Assembly (NCBI GenBank): GCA_030141605.1
Contig: JAQGDQ010000772.1
Span: 34,034-98,033, forward strand
Source: Tubiluchus corallicola
Lineage: Eukaryota > Animalia > Priapulida
DNA: 64,000 bases
Direction of reading: 5' to 3'
A program made the translations under genes and the position numbers. A model generated the notes under the pieces. That model was given only the letters and a program-made list of their open reading frames with translations, had not been told where the DNA came from and did not search any database. Positions 40,802 through 53,970 of this stretch are shown piece by piece (positions within the stretch are counted from its first letter, which is position 1; each line of letters starts with the position of its first letter).

Positions 40802-41754
40802 GTATGATTGTGACTACAACTATATTTTTAGCACACTTAATGTTGTTACTGTAGACGCCGTTTATTAAACTCATGGTTAATAGCCTCATGGTTAAACGCC
40901 TGGTACTGGCCGGCGTTTCAAATGTATATGAAAACCGCCGGCAGTTGACTCAAATCACTCTTCATAATTGACTCAACATTTCTACTTCATGTGCTTAAAT
41001 AAGACACTTATCTGTGACCATTGAGCTTTTACTACTTTTACGTCATCTTAGTTCGCTTTTGTGCTCTATAATATAGGCAGAAACAATCATGTTAAGTACT
41101 GTTTTGTTTGTAAGCCGGTACGTTATATGCACTAATACACTAATGTAGCGTTTTTGCTTTGAATTTGTTACCGGCTCGTCCACTGCAATTAACCTCGTTA
41201 CCCAAGAATTTCTAGAAGCTAAACATGTAATCACTTGTCTAACGGTTTCCTTTTGAATCTCTGGTTGAAAATCACACTTTCACGCATAATCAGTTAACAG
41301 TCAAGGATACAGGTACTGGTGCAGTAGTGGTACAGATACAGATACAGACTCAGTGCATTCTAAGTTGATGGATACTTCATATACTAGTAATACTGTTGTC
41401 AAGACGAACCTACAGAGGATGACAGCTCTCCAGGCCACATCACAAATAATCGATGACGAAATCCATCACCATTGCAAGGGGGAGTCAAGACGAACCTACA
41501 GAGGATGACAAAACCACTTGCCATGAAACAAGGGCACCTCCAACTGCAGCTGAAGCAATTCAAGCGCTAAATGTTTTATGAGAATACGTACATCACGGCA
41601 ACAGATTTTCAACTGACAATCATGAACTTTTCCTAGGAATTTCTTCACTTGCCGTTGTTGTTTCATTTAAATGGCAAATTTTTTACCCAGTTTTTAAACA
41701 CTAGAAATCTCAAAAGTGATTTCTGGCTCACACACCATTAGTCGTCTGTGATTA

Positions 41755-42245
41755 GTAATTAGATAGATTAGATTTAATAGATTTATTTCGCAATAAACGT
41801 ATACATATACATTACATGTGCATCGATAATCAGTTTTTGTTAATACAAAAATATGATACAATTCATGAATTCTGCACTAGAGACCTAAGAAGCTAGCTTA
41901 TGGTAGGCCACTAGAATTAGTTACGAAAAAAATTACAATATATACAGATACAATATTACAATATATACAAATATACGGGTGGGAAGTAATAAAAATATTA
42001 TTATACTAGAGGGGAAGTTTTTGAAAATGAAAAACAACAAATCATGATTGAGTGATCAGTTATATGTTTCGAGTAAGTTTAATTTATAATTTTTTTTAAA
42101 TATAGACAGCTAGTTGGCATTTTTAATAGCTGGAGCTATTGAATTCCATATGTAAGGGCCATTGTATTTAATAGAAAATTTTCTAACATTTGTGTTGCAC
42201 TGTATGTAGTGATAGTTCAGTCTATAACGTGTGCCGTATGTTAAA
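41755..42245 (-). mobile_element. LINE 3' fragment, antisense
   Basis: Minus-strand YGTRYRLNYHYIQCNTNVRKFSIKYNGPYIWNSI (ORF2 C-terminus type); hairpin at about 41875-41915; (AATCT)n-like tail. Confidence 0.75.
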
Positions 42246-42264
42246 TTCAAATACATTTTTGTAG

Positions 42265-42457
42265 GTTTTGGTGCGACTATGCAGTCATGCATCTCCATGT
42301 GAGGAACTAGCGAGGAAGGATGATCTGACACTATTATTCAGTGCCATCACTAGCTGGTGTACTCCTTATAATATACCATGGAGGAAATCAGCAGCCGAGG
42401 TGCTGATGACTCTCTCTAGGCATGGTCTTACAACGTCTGTTGTACAATACATACATA
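42265..42457 (+). CDS. WDFY3: WDFY3 coding exon 6: VLVRLCSHASPCEELARKDDLTLLFSAITSWC...VVQYIH(N)
   Basis: tttgtag|GTT...CATA|gtacgt, phase 0-1, 193 nt. Confidence 0.97.
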
Positions 42458-44123
42458 GTACGTACGATAAGTTAAGACTTCCTTACTGTATTGTTTAGGA
42501 AACAATTTGATAATATACATTTTGTTATGCTGTTGTGTCATAATGAATTTTTTTTAAGACTTAGACTTAACAGAAACTTGTAGTATCTTAGGGAGGTGCT
42601 GCCATCTTTTGGTTGTTTGCCTGGAAAAATAATTTACCTAATTTTTAAGCTGTTTACTGTACTATCTATTTACATACCATTTACTGGGTTTCAACTAAAG
42701 CTAATGAGGTGTAACAGGAGTTCTGGCTGTTGAATGTTGGGCAGTAGTAGTTCAGGTTTCATAGTCTGCTGGTAAAGTTCAGATTTCAAATTTCGTAATG
42801 TAGTTTGTTAAGACTGCAATTTATGTTGAAACCCACCCCCATCTACACCGGCTTCACTTCTTTTTTTTTGATAATAAAGGAAATCAACCTGCATCAAAGT
42901 GTTCAACATTTTTATTGGTTATGGGTTACAGACATGCAGACAGACAAACTGGATAAAACAGTTACTGGAGATGACTGATGATTTATCTTCTTAAATATTT
43001 CAATGTGCATGCAGTAAAAACAGGGATGTTTGAGCTTTATGTTCAGACTTCCACAAAAAACGTCCGCAAATGTGGATTTATCGATAAGTCGGCTAACATT
43101 CCGCACGGTTGAGTTGATTGTTTTAGTTTAACGTGAGTGTGCTGTTGTTTTTAGTCGTATCGCACGAATGAAAAACGGGCCATCTTCTGCAAGAGAGTAG
43201 AATTTCTAAGTTTTTATTAAAATCTTTGCACACCGTGCTAAATTTCTTGCTTTTTGGTTCAGCGTGAACCCGTAAAGATGTTTTGTATCACTTTGTTAAA
43301 TTTCACAATTTAGCAGAAGTCGAGTTGTGACTAAACTGTAACTTCGTTTATAATGCGCTCATAAATGTCATTCATACAGGTTACAAAGTAAAAGATATTC
43401 AGCCTTCTGGAACAGAGCTCTCACTTCAGTATAATTTAGTTTTAGTTTTTATTCTTGAAGTATAACTTAAGATTCATCTACCCCCATTATTTCATTAATT
43501 TGTGCATCTGATACTAATTACACAGACTCAACTTCCATCTACCCCCGCCCCTGACTCCATAAAACGATTAAAAATGTAAAATTTTTAAAAAATCATGTAA
43601 TGTAATACGTGTTATGTTAGTTTTGTAATGTCAAATGTATAAATAGTGTAAATGTAATGAGTGAAATTTATATAATGTAAAGCATGTTTCTGTTAATTGT
43701 GTCACGTCAAATGTATATATAGTGTAAAATATGTCACGTAAAATTTAATGTACTTTTGTAATATTGTTTTGTAAAAATATTTTAATATGGTTTTTGTAAA
43801 TATGTTCATTTATTGTATATATTTAGGCCTTAGTTTTGCATTTTAGTTTTTTTTAGTCTGCACTGGACGCATTTGTCTTGAACAGTGTTGTTATTTTAGC
43901 ATTACGCTGAGGCTTACTCAATTTTATTATAATTAGTGAACTATTTTAATGACAAATAAAGAATTAATAATAAATAATATTAAATTATATTAATTTCTAG
44001 GTAAGACACTAAAATGACCAAAAAGTAGTCCAGTCAAGTTATCCATATAGGCTTCCCTAATATATTTAGGTGTGCATATTTTTCGTTTGAGTTAATTTGT
44101 GTTTTAAATGTTTTCATTTCTAG

Positions 44124-44310
44124 ATAAGGGTTGTATGGGGATGTGTGTAGAGAACATGCAAAGAACTCAAGACCTTACCCCCCTGGAAATGGTGGAGATG
44201 TTCGTGTCTGTGTTCTGCTTTCTGAAAGACTCCAGCGAAGTTTCTCAGCTGCTAATGGACGACTTCAGACAGTGCCAGGGATATATTTTTCTCTCCGAAT
44301 TTATTTTAAG
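44124..44310 (+). CDS. WDFY3: WDFY3 coding exon 7: (N)KGCMGMCVENMQRTQDLTPLEMVEMF...FLSEFIL(R)
   Basis: ttctag|ATAAG...TTAAG|gtacat, phase 1-2, 187 nt. Confidence 0.97.
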
Positions 44311-44340
44311 GTACATCATGTCTTTAAATGTACCACATGG

Positions 44341-44897
44341 TAGTCGATATGCAAACTAACTTGTTCGTGTACAAATATGTTAATAATCTTTCGCTTAATA
44401 CGTATCGCCATTTTTTCAGTTTTAATAGCAGTATGTATTCACATCAAACTCGACAATACCACAAGTTCCATATTCCTAAGTGCAGAACAAACGTTATGAA
44501 ACATTGTGTCATGTATAATGGTGCTGTAATATGGAATAATTTACACAGTAACATAAAACAAGCCAGTAATATAAATAAATATAAGAAACTTTTAAAAAAA
44601 TATTTACTAGAAAATATGTGATTTGATAAATGATGTAAGATGTAAATTTTTTACCATAATTATACAATTTTATCGTACTAATCAAGTTTTAATCTTTTTA
44701 CCGGCACTTCTAATATATTTGCATCTATTTGTGTGATTATATTGTACTAACCATATACTATGTATTTTCTAGTTTTAGCAGTAATTTTACTTTCTGTACG
44801 TTGTCGTATGTTTTACGATGATTTTAATGGACATATAAGTCTCTTGACTTCAGTTCATAGATGTATTATATTAAAAAAACTTAAAAACCTAAAAAAC
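44341..44897 (+). mobile_element. LINE 3' fragment
   Basis: LFVYKYVNN...HQTRQYHKFHIPKCRTN...YNGAVIWNNL (ORF2 C-terminus type); A-rich tail. Confidence 0.8.
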
Positions 44898-44913
44898 AAA
44901 GCTATTGCGAGCA

Positions 44914-46667
44914 CAGTAAGTCCTCGCTTAACGACTCCCCGTTTAGCGGCGTTTCGTTTTAACGACGCTGAACATTTGACACCTTTGTTTCCCTTGACGA
45001 CGCTGATCATTTGACACCTTTGTTTCGCTTAACGACGCTGAACATTTGAGACCTTTGTTTCACTTGACGACGCTGAACATTTGACACCTTTGTTTCACTT
45101 AACGACGCTGAACATTTGACACCTTTGTTTCACTTAACGATGCTGAACATTTGACACCTTTGTTTCACTTAACGACGCTGAACATTTGACACCTTTGTTT
45201 CACTTAACGACGCTGAACATTTGACACCTTTGTTTCACTTAACGACGCTGAACATTTGACACCTTTGTTTCACTTAACGACGCTGAACATTTGACACCTT
45301 TGTTTCACTTAACGACGCTGAACATTTGACACCTTTGTTTCACTTAACGACGCTGAACATTTGACACCTTTGTTTCACTTAACGACGCTGAACATTTGAC
45401 ACCTTTGTTTCACTTAACGACGCTGAACATTTGACACCTTTGTTTCACTTAACGACGCTGAACATTTGACACCTTTGTTTCACTTAACGACGCTGAACAT
45501 TTGACACCTTTGTTTCACTTAACGACGCTGAACATTTGACACCTTTGTTTCACTTAACGACGCTGAACATTTGACACCTTTGTTTCACTTAACGACGCTG
45601 AACATTTGACACCTTTGTTTCACTTAACGACGCTGAACATTTGACACCTTTGTTTCACTTAACGACGCTGAACATTTGACACCTTTGTTTCACTTAACGA
45701 CGCTGAACATTTGACACCTTTGTTTCGCTTAACGACGCTGAACATTTGACACCTTTGTTTCGCTTAACGACGCTGAACATTTGACACCTTTGTTTCACTT
45801 AACGACGCTGAACATTTGACACCTTTGTTTCACTTAACGACGCTGAACATTTGACACCTTTGTTTCACTTAACGACGCTGAACATTTGACACCTTTGTTT
45901 CACTTAACGACGCTGAACATTTGACACCTTTGTTTCACTTAACGACGCTGAACATTTGACACCTTTGTTTCGCTTAACGATGCTGAACATTTGACACCTT
46001 TGTTTCACTTAACGACGCACCGTTTTCATTTTAATGACGATTTTTTTGCTTTGCACAAAGCTAATTTTTATTGTATCAACAACTTTTTTACTTAATTTGA
46101 TCTCTTAAAACCGTACACTTTGCATTATTCTGTTCTAAAAACGCACTAGTAACATAAACACTGCAATTACTATATAAGTACATACGTTTTTGCTTTCCGA
46201 CTGACCACTAAGTGCTTAGCTATTTGTATCAAGTGAGACCTGGAAGCAAACTTTATGTGAAAGAATTTCGCCTGCATGCTGTTGTTATAGCAACCAGTCT
46301 AGTACGTACTATGCTTCTAGATAAACTTGTTAAAGTCGCCCAGGGTTTGTGGCTTTGACTTTGTTGCAGTGTTTATTGTTTAACTGCTACCTAGACTTAA
46401 ACATTAACTAAAGAGAAACCGCTAGCTAAGTAAGTAAGATATATAGTTGGATTCAAGCAAGCAGAAAGAAATTAATCAGGAGAAACACGAGTAAAACTCA
46501 TAAAACGTTTAATTTATATGATTTCATCAATATTGATTTTTGCCTCTGGAACGTATCTCAATTCTTTTACATTACTTTCTGTAGATGTCTTAGCTTCATT
46601 TAATGACGTTTCACTTAACGTTGCACTTTGCTGGAACGCATTAGCGTCATTAAGCGAGGACTTACTG
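44914..46667. mobile_element. pogo/Tigger-like MITE enlarged by an internal minisatellite
   Basis: TIR CAGTAAGTCCTCGCTTAACGAC / GTCATTAAGCGAGGACTTACTG; TA on the right, CA on the left. Confidence 0.88.
44961..46017. repeat. 35-bp minisatellite, about 30 near-identical units
   Basis: Unit AACGACGCTGAACATTTGACACCTTTGTTTCACTT, head-to-tail with no spacers. Confidence 0.99.
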
Positions 46668-46835
46668 TATACTCATGCTACTGTTTTGTGTGTTACTTTG
46701 AGCATGGTAAACAAATTTTATTTTCAATAACATTAAGCATCGTAAATTTGAATATAAGCGACAGTGTTGATGGCGGTAATTGTCAATGTTAAGTAGCTGA
46801 TTAGTGCTAATGCTGGTTACTGGTCTAGTGCTGCA

Positions 46836-47419
46836 TTAAAGGACAAGAAAAGGGGCACCTGAAGTAGGCTTCAGAAAAATTGCTTTAAAAAATTATACCA
46901 CTTTACAGCAATTTTATTTGAATTTTCTTTTGTTTTCATTTTAAATCTTTCGCAATGCTGTTCCGATGGCGCCATTACATGACACAACTTACCCAAACGT
47001 AAATCAGGGGACGAAAAACGAAATGTTGAATTATGTCCCAAAACACTTTGCAAATCTATATTACTTAGCATTTCACTTAGCTCCTGCAAAGACTTATGTA
47101 ACTAGACTAATAATTTAAAATGTTTGTGCCAATTGGTAAAATGTCGCTGACTCACTCTCCAGGGTGCGCCACTCGCTAACCAAAAATGTATTTTTAATCT
47201 TATTGACAATATACAGTAATTTGAATTTTACTCAGTTAGTAACGTGTATCCTACGAATGCTCTGATTATTTTTTCAAACTTCATGCAATGTTATCTAAAC
47301 TTGTTTTGAACGACTTGTCGTCAAAGTGGCTGCATCTAACGGTCATCGCGGGAGTTTAAATTTACAAGTTTTGTACAGCGTTAAGCTTTATGTAAGTGTA
47401 GGGTTTTCTTGTGCTTTAA
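46836..47419. mobile_element. Kolobok-like MITE family A
   Basis: TTAA-AGGACAAGAAAA ... TTTTCTTGTGCT-TTAA. Confidence 0.88.
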
Positions 47420-47560
47420 CTAAATTAACCACAGTGAAAACTCGCTAGTCGCAAAGCATATGGCATTTTGATCATTGTATTTTAATTATACGATTGTCAC
47501 AATAGATTGATTAACTTGTTAGGTAAACTTAACGATGAATTACTGTTGATTGAATTACTA

Positions 47561-48056
47561 CAGTGGCCGCCGCTTATTATGGACACGCTTATTGTGGACA
47601 GCCGGTTATTGTGGACAACTCGCGAGGGACGGAATTTTCCCCTAATAAAATCCGCCGGTTAATATGGACAACCGCCGCTTAATATGGACAGTGAACATTC
47701 TTGGCACGTGAATCAGCCGTGCCAACCACGGCCTGCGCGCGTGATTGAAAAGAGCTTCCCGCTCTGCTGCCTGTGTGAGTCATTGCATCAGTCAGTTCGC
47801 CGTTTGCCGTGGCCTTGAGAGCTTCGAAACTGTGATAACTTCCTTGCGTTCAAGGTTGAGAGAAAAGTTTCCTGCCAAACAAACTCGTCTGACTTCTTTT
47901 TTTCAATAAAACAGGAGACGAGTTGATACAGACAGTTTTTTGCCTTTTTTAATGAAGGGGAAGGGTCTTCATGGGTCACTTCGCTTAATATGGACAGCCG
48001 CTTAATATGGACATACACTGCTGGCCCGAGGTGTCCACAATAAGCGGCGGCCACTG
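47561..48056. mobile_element. Tc1/mariner-pogo MITE, 496 bp
   Basis: TA TSD; 26-bp TIR CAGTGGCCGCCGCTTATT(A/G)TGGACAC; subterminal repeats of the TIR motif. Confidence 0.95.
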
Positions 48057-48125
48057 TATTGTAAATATTTTATTGACAGTGTTAAGAAACAGTTTTGTAT
48101 GAGGTTGAAGTCATTATTTTTGCAG

Positions 48126-48348
48126 GCTCGAACAAGATAATTCTAAAGAGACAGTGGACGCCCTGCGCAATCTTGTCCTTCTGGTTTCTTCGCTTTCTCT
48201 ATGCGGACATGTTGAGTTACGACCTACTCAGGGCAGTACAGGCTCGCTCTATCAAATGTCGGGGTTTTCGCTGCCACAGCCGTCTGGTAACGGACTTAGC
48301 GTTCGCAACATACAAGCGTTTCAAGTATTACAGTCAGTCTTTCTGAAG
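48126..48348 (+). CDS. WDFY3: WDFY3 coding exon 8: (R)LEQDNSKETVDALRNLVLL...SVRNIQAFQVLQSVFLK
   Basis: tttgcag|GCTC...AAG|gtaaac, phase 2-0, 223 nt. Confidence 0.97.
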
Positions 48349-48814
48349 GTAAACCATGTTTGGTTAGTTGATGTAGTACAAATTGTTTTTGTCTAACATA
48401 AGTTTACTACGTTATGGCCAGTCAAATTTGCTCAGGATTTCGATGTGCACTCTTATTCCCTGTTTTCTAGCAGTCAAACATGAGCTGTATTCATAAACTA
48501 AGCAGACACTTGTTGTTTTACTTTATTATTTTCACTCTTTGCTTTTTGCAACTGACACATTCACACAGTAGGATACATACATTTTTCACTAGCTCAAGAT
48601 GTAGATTCTGAATTTTGTTGTCTGTAAGGAGCTTGCAATTTTAACAATTTAGTTAAAACTGTAGTAAGGCATATCGCTTTGCTAAAAGTTGACATTGAAC
48701 ATCTTTTCTCTAGTGTGTTAATTTACATATTTCTTTTTATAAAATTGGAACAAATGTATCTTATTGACTTACATTATTTTCAATGCTGCCAACAGAATTT
48801 GCACAGTTGTAATC

Positions 48815-49215
48815 ACATTGTGTCCAACTCGCAATTTTTTCGAGATTTCGGTCAAACAGCCTGTAGAAAAAACGTTCTAGCGGCGCCTGGTGGGACTCTT
48901 GACAGGAGATATATAGCTCTTTAGAAAGAGGAACAACAGGGCTACACGATGATGTGGGCTATATTTTAGGACACGTCCACCAAAAGGAGTACCAATGAGT
49001 TAATTAGATGTTCTATTTTTAGCAATTTTCGCTTGGAAAACTGCTGACGCAAAGCCATTGTTCTGACGTCATCCATTATACTCTGCCTTTAACTTTATAA
49101 CTTTAATTCAGTAAAAGCTGCTGCTGCTGGCTTTGCGTTAGGAAAATAAACGAACACTAGGTAGGAAGTTCGCGCATTGTTGATTATGAGTGCATTTATG
49201 CGCAACATTTTTTGT
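48815..49215. mobile_element. Inverted partial copy of the repeat at 1289-2125
   Basis: Reverse-complement similarity over about 380 bp. Confidence 0.75.
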
Positions 49216-49253
49216 TAGTTGTGTAATTAATTTGTGTTATCTTTTTGTACAAG

Positions 49254-49400
49254 GCACAATCTCCTTCACTGTGCAGTGCAATTCTGGATGCTGTTAGCAG
49301 TGTCTACCACTCCGATAGTGTCAACTATTTCATTCTTGAACCTCAGCACACATTGTCTCAGTTTGCAGAAAAAATATACACGAAATGTGCCATAATACAG
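49254..49400 (+). CDS. WDFY3: WDFY3 coding exon 9: AQSPSLCSAILDAVSSVYHSDSVNYFILEPQHTLSQFAEKIYTKCAIIQ
   Basis: tacaag|GCA...CAG|gtacgt (AAG acceptor), phase 0-0; human has NYFILESQHTLSQFAEKI. Confidence 0.95.
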
Positions 49401-49527
49401 GTACGTGATTGGCATGAATAATTGCACTATCACTTAATAAAATTTCTAAATAGACTTCAGTTGCACTGTACTAATTTTAATACAGTTTTAAATTGATAAT
49501 TTGTTCTTGCATTTTGGTTAATGGATA

Positions 49528-49850
49528 CAGGCTGAAGCTGAGTCAATTGCTACTACATCAGCTAACTCACGCAGTAAATCAGGTAGCCTCGGCTGAAGCT
49601 GAGTCAGTTGCTACTACATCAGTTGACTTGCACAGTGAATCAATTAGCTCGGCTGAATCTGGGTCAGTTGCTACTACATCAGCTGACTCACAGTAAATCA
49701 GCTAGTTCGGCTGAAGCTGAGTCAGTTGCTACTACATCAGCTGACTCACAGTAAATCAGCTAGTTCGGCTGAAGTTGAGTCAGTTGCTACTACATCAGCT
49801 GACTCGCGCAGTAAATCAGCTAGCTCGGCCGAGGTTGACTGACTTTTCAG
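49528..49850. repeat. About five imperfect ~60-bp tandem units
   Basis: GGCTGAAGCTGAGTCAGTTGCTACTACATCAGCTGACTC(AC)GCAGTAAATCAG repeated. Confidence 0.9.
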
Positions 49851-51064
49851 CTGAGTTGGCTTAAAGAAAAAGTCAGCTAAGTCAGCTAAAGCTACGGATT
49901 TTTGTTAACTAAATAAATGATAAACTGTTAGTTAACTGTTAAATTATTGAGACATATTTTTAAATAATAACATTACTGATGAATCAATACCAAAACACCA
50001 AAATGATCCCATACATATGATTAACTTTGCCAATTTTTATGTATTTAATTTTGAATCGTCCAGCTTTATCGTTCAAAAATTTCTAAAGTTTAGTATCTGT
50101 GCAAGCACACGCACAATCTGACTGCGAATCCACAATGTGGTTGCCATATTTCACCATCACCATCATCATCATATCATCATATCATCATCATCATCATCAT
50201 ATCATCATATGCCCATTGCGTCTATTGTAGATACTGGGCAGGCAGAATTGTAAAATAAAAAAATCTGTCCTCAAGACAGTAGTAGTTCATCAAAAAACTC
50301 TGATATCCACCAGTGATTTGCAGTGTCATGTGATTATCGCAAGAGCGAAAATCTTTGCAGTCGGCAAAAAAATATTGGCTAGCTCAACTCCCATCAATGA
50401 GTGGCTGGCACGACTAAAGCTGGGTTTCTAATCTGCTAGGTCAACTGTCGATGTAAAGCAGCTGAAACGGCACTGCTCTGGGCTCTGTGGATATCTAATA
50501 GCTTTAACTGTCTAAGTTTTTGATATTAAGATCCTGAGACTGTCGGTAAATTGTTTGGTATCATCCATATCACATATTAGATAGTTCATATGGCAGGCTA
50601 ATTATCACTTTTTTATGTTTTGATTTTCCCTTTTTTTTCTTAATTGCCAATTTTTTATTTATTTATTATTATTATCACTCACATTCAGTACAATATAATG
50701 ACATTAAGCACACAGTGACATCAAAATTATTACGTCTACTATATTAAATTGTTCCATGCACTATGGTTATCATAAAAGAATAATTGTACTGCAGTGGGCT
50801 AGAGAAGCAAAGGCTTGCATAAACCCACTGTCATGTTAACCTGATATTTTAATGGATGAGTGAACAAAAAAAGAACTGGGAGAAAGGTTAGATCACACAG
50901 GAAGGGTAGAAGGATGTGTTAGTGGAAATGGTAGGAAGAAAGATAATAGATTGCGCTATGTCGACATCAGCTCTAAAGATTTCTTGATGATGCTTTGTTT
51001 TGCATAATCTGTACCAATAATTTAAACTGATGTAATAAAAATCTTGTTTTTATGTTTTTCTTAG

Positions 51065-51162
51065 GTCAAGTTCTTTGAAATCCTGGAATTTATCGTATTC
51101 AATCTGAATTTCGTTCCCTGCAAGGAGCTTATAAGTTTGAGCATTCTGATAAAGACACAACA
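51065..51162 (+). CDS. WDFY3: WDFY3 coding exon 10: VKFFEILEFIVFNLNFVPCKELISLSILIKTQ(Q)
   Basis: tcttag|GTC...CAACA|gtaagt, phase 0-2. Confidence 0.97.
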
Positions 51163-51329
51163 GTAAGTAATACTGTTTTTCTTGCTTTGTTAAAAATTAA
51201 CACATGCTACATGCATTATTTAATGCTCTGTTGCTTCTTAGACTGTTCTTGTAAGCATTTAGTATCTCCTGCTGCCTTACTCATCCCCAACATACTTTTA
51301 GGATACATTAAACACGTTCTTTTTGCTGA

Positions 51330-51331
51330 CT

Positions 51332-51362
<31 letters not shown>

Positions 51363-52260
51363 GTTTATTTTTGCCTTCAAAATAACAATCATAGATACTA
51401 TATAATAATGATTTACAAAGATTAAAGAAGGGCGGGGTGGTGAAAGGACCATAAGGTCATCTAGTCTGCCATCCCTAAATAGTGAGTCTACTAATTTCAG
51501 CATGACGAGCAAATATTATTAGAACAAAATAAAGATTTGAATAGGAAAACAGATCAAAGCCAAATTAATAGCAAACAATTATGGTAAATAAAATTATGCA
51601 AATTTACGCAAAACAAATTGAAAGCAAAATTAGTAAATCAGAGTTCTGTGGGCAAAACTAACTAATTAAAAGCAAAATAGTTAACAAACTAATTTGACTA
51701 TGCAATAATGACACTAAAAGAAGCAAAGTTGCATGTACCTGTAAGGCCATAATGGTTTTAAACTAAATGGATAATAAATAACTCTATATTATTAATGCTA
51801 TTTTTAATATGATTATCGACCGAAAATGACTAAAAAATTTAATAATAAGACCATATTAATTCCTACTATCTTAGGACAGGTACCTGGTTTAGAGGGTAAT
51901 CTACGAGAAATACTCAAATCTTCTTCATCTAATGTAATGTATAAACATAGTTTTTTGTATGATTTTGGACTAGCGTCTGCATTCTGGATAAACTGAAAAT
52001 CATTTTTAAACACCAAAGAAATAAGCAGTATGGAAACTAGTTTAATTTGTCTTTGATGGCAAATGCTTTAATGGTCAGTTAGTGAACAAAATAACAGGTT
52101 GTATTTTTTTCAATTTTATATTCTATAAACTGGCATCCAGCACACAAGGCAAATAAGTATAACTTCTTCAAAGTAGAATTTTTATTATCGACTAGTTTTG
52201 AAAAATTACTGTTTACTTCGAAGCATCTAGAAAGTAAAGAAATTTTACCATAAGGTAGAC
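51330..52260 (-). mobile_element. Antisense CR1-like LINE 3' part
   Basis: Minus strand GGCAGACTAGATGACCTTATGGTCCTTTCACC resembles the classical CR1 3' stem-loop; AATAAA plus (ATT)n tail at 51332-51368; the far boundary is approximate. Confidence 0.7.
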
Positions 52261-52454
52261 ACGTTTTAGAAATAAAAATTCAGTACTAATGTTGTATTGT
52301 ATTACTAATTCTAAAAATTCGCACTAAAGTCCTGTTAAAAATCGCACGCTTTTCCCGCGTGACGTGTCGTTCAAATATAAAGCAGTTTTTACATAACTTC
52401 CACGTCACTTTCAGAAACGGCATCATTCGTTGTGCAACAAGACAGGCATAAATG

Positions 52455-52722
<268 letters not shown>

Positions 52723-53329
52723 AAGGGGGTTATTGTTATTGTTTCGGCTTTATCGGCAATTGTGCAATGTGCACTTCGTAAACATGTGTAGAGATCACAT
52801 TGTTTCTGCTAAAGCGGTGCTGTTGCTGATCATGTGTTAGCAAAGCCCACTTCTGATTGGTTGCTTACAGAATCATCACGCGATTGTTGTAAATTAATCG
52901 CTCAGAGAGCAATCAGCATGGGAAACCGCGCAGTCGATTATTTGCCCGCTCAGTTTTCCCGCAGTATGTATAAACGGGCTGTAATGGAGATATATTGATG
53001 CTAGGTACAGTGCTATAAATATTTGTGTATATCAAACAATGTTTGGCTACTATCTACTGAATTTTTACTTCTAAGTTGTTTCGACGTTCTTGTAAAATTG
53101 CTTTGCTTTTTAGATGCCGTGAAAGTGAACAGTAATCGTTCAAAACCAATCGGCAATAAAATTTCATTTTCAAGAAGTTACTAGTTTATCGAGTTTTTGC
53201 AATTTATCAATTATTATTATCAATTTATCAACTTTTGTTTCCTAAAGTTAATAATAAGATTCTGTTTAATTCGTAAAAGTTAATATTGACGTCTTGTGAA
53301 ATTTTCTGTTATCTCCTGCTTCATTTTAG

Positions 53330-53496
53330 GTCAGTGAAATGTAGCATTCTCTGCATGCAGACTCTATTAAAGGTACTGCGACACAATAACATCTTTAAAG
53401 ACGTGTACCGAGAGGTGGGGTTGTTAGAAGTCATCGTTACGTGCTTGCACAGATATGCTGCTCTACTCAAAGAGCAAAATAATGGTGCAGAAAAAG
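53330..53496 (+). CDS. WDFY3: WDFY3 coding exon 11: (Q)SVKCSILCMQTLLKVLRHNNIFKDVYREVGLLEVIV...EQNNGAEK
   Basis: ttttag|GTCA...AAAG|gtaggg, phase 2-1. Confidence 0.97.
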
Positions 53497-53710
53497 GTAG
53501 GGACTTAGCCTAGACAATGTGCATAGATAAATACATGTGTAGTTAGTAGTTAGCTGTGCATGGCATTCTATTCTGTTGTGAATTTAGTCAGCTGTGTTTC
53601 TGTGCTGTGCTTGTTTAGGTACAATTGCAACATTTCTAGTTCGATGTGCCGAATTTTGGTTCTGTTTTCATTTCCTGGCATTGAGAACTTGGTGAGCTTA
53701 TGTTTGTTGG

Positions 53711-53812
53711 TATTCCAAGACAGTGAATACTGAAAATATCTTAATCTTGTGCTTGTGTTCGTTGATATTCCAAGACAGTGAATACTGAAAATATCTTAAT
53801 CTTGTGCTTGTG
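53711..53812. repeat. Local duplication, two copies of about 47 bp
   Basis: TATTCCAAGACAGTGAATACTGAAAATATCTTAATCTTGTGCTTGTG at 53711 and 53766. Confidence 0.9.
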
Positions 53813-53970
53813 AAACTTTTTTGTTTGTTTAATAACTTTTCCTAAGGCTTGTGCTTAATCTGTGATCACAATAACAGTAATAATAGTAGGCATTTAAATC
53901 TAACACATTGACAAAATATTGTTTAGCTACCTAGATAGAGATAAGTGTATCAAGTTTCAGTTAATTAACA

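Noticed and set aside
44961-46017. 35-bp repeats resembling a CRISPR array
   Set aside because: Units are head-to-tail with no unique spacers, lie inside MITE TIRs in an animal intron, and no cas genes are present
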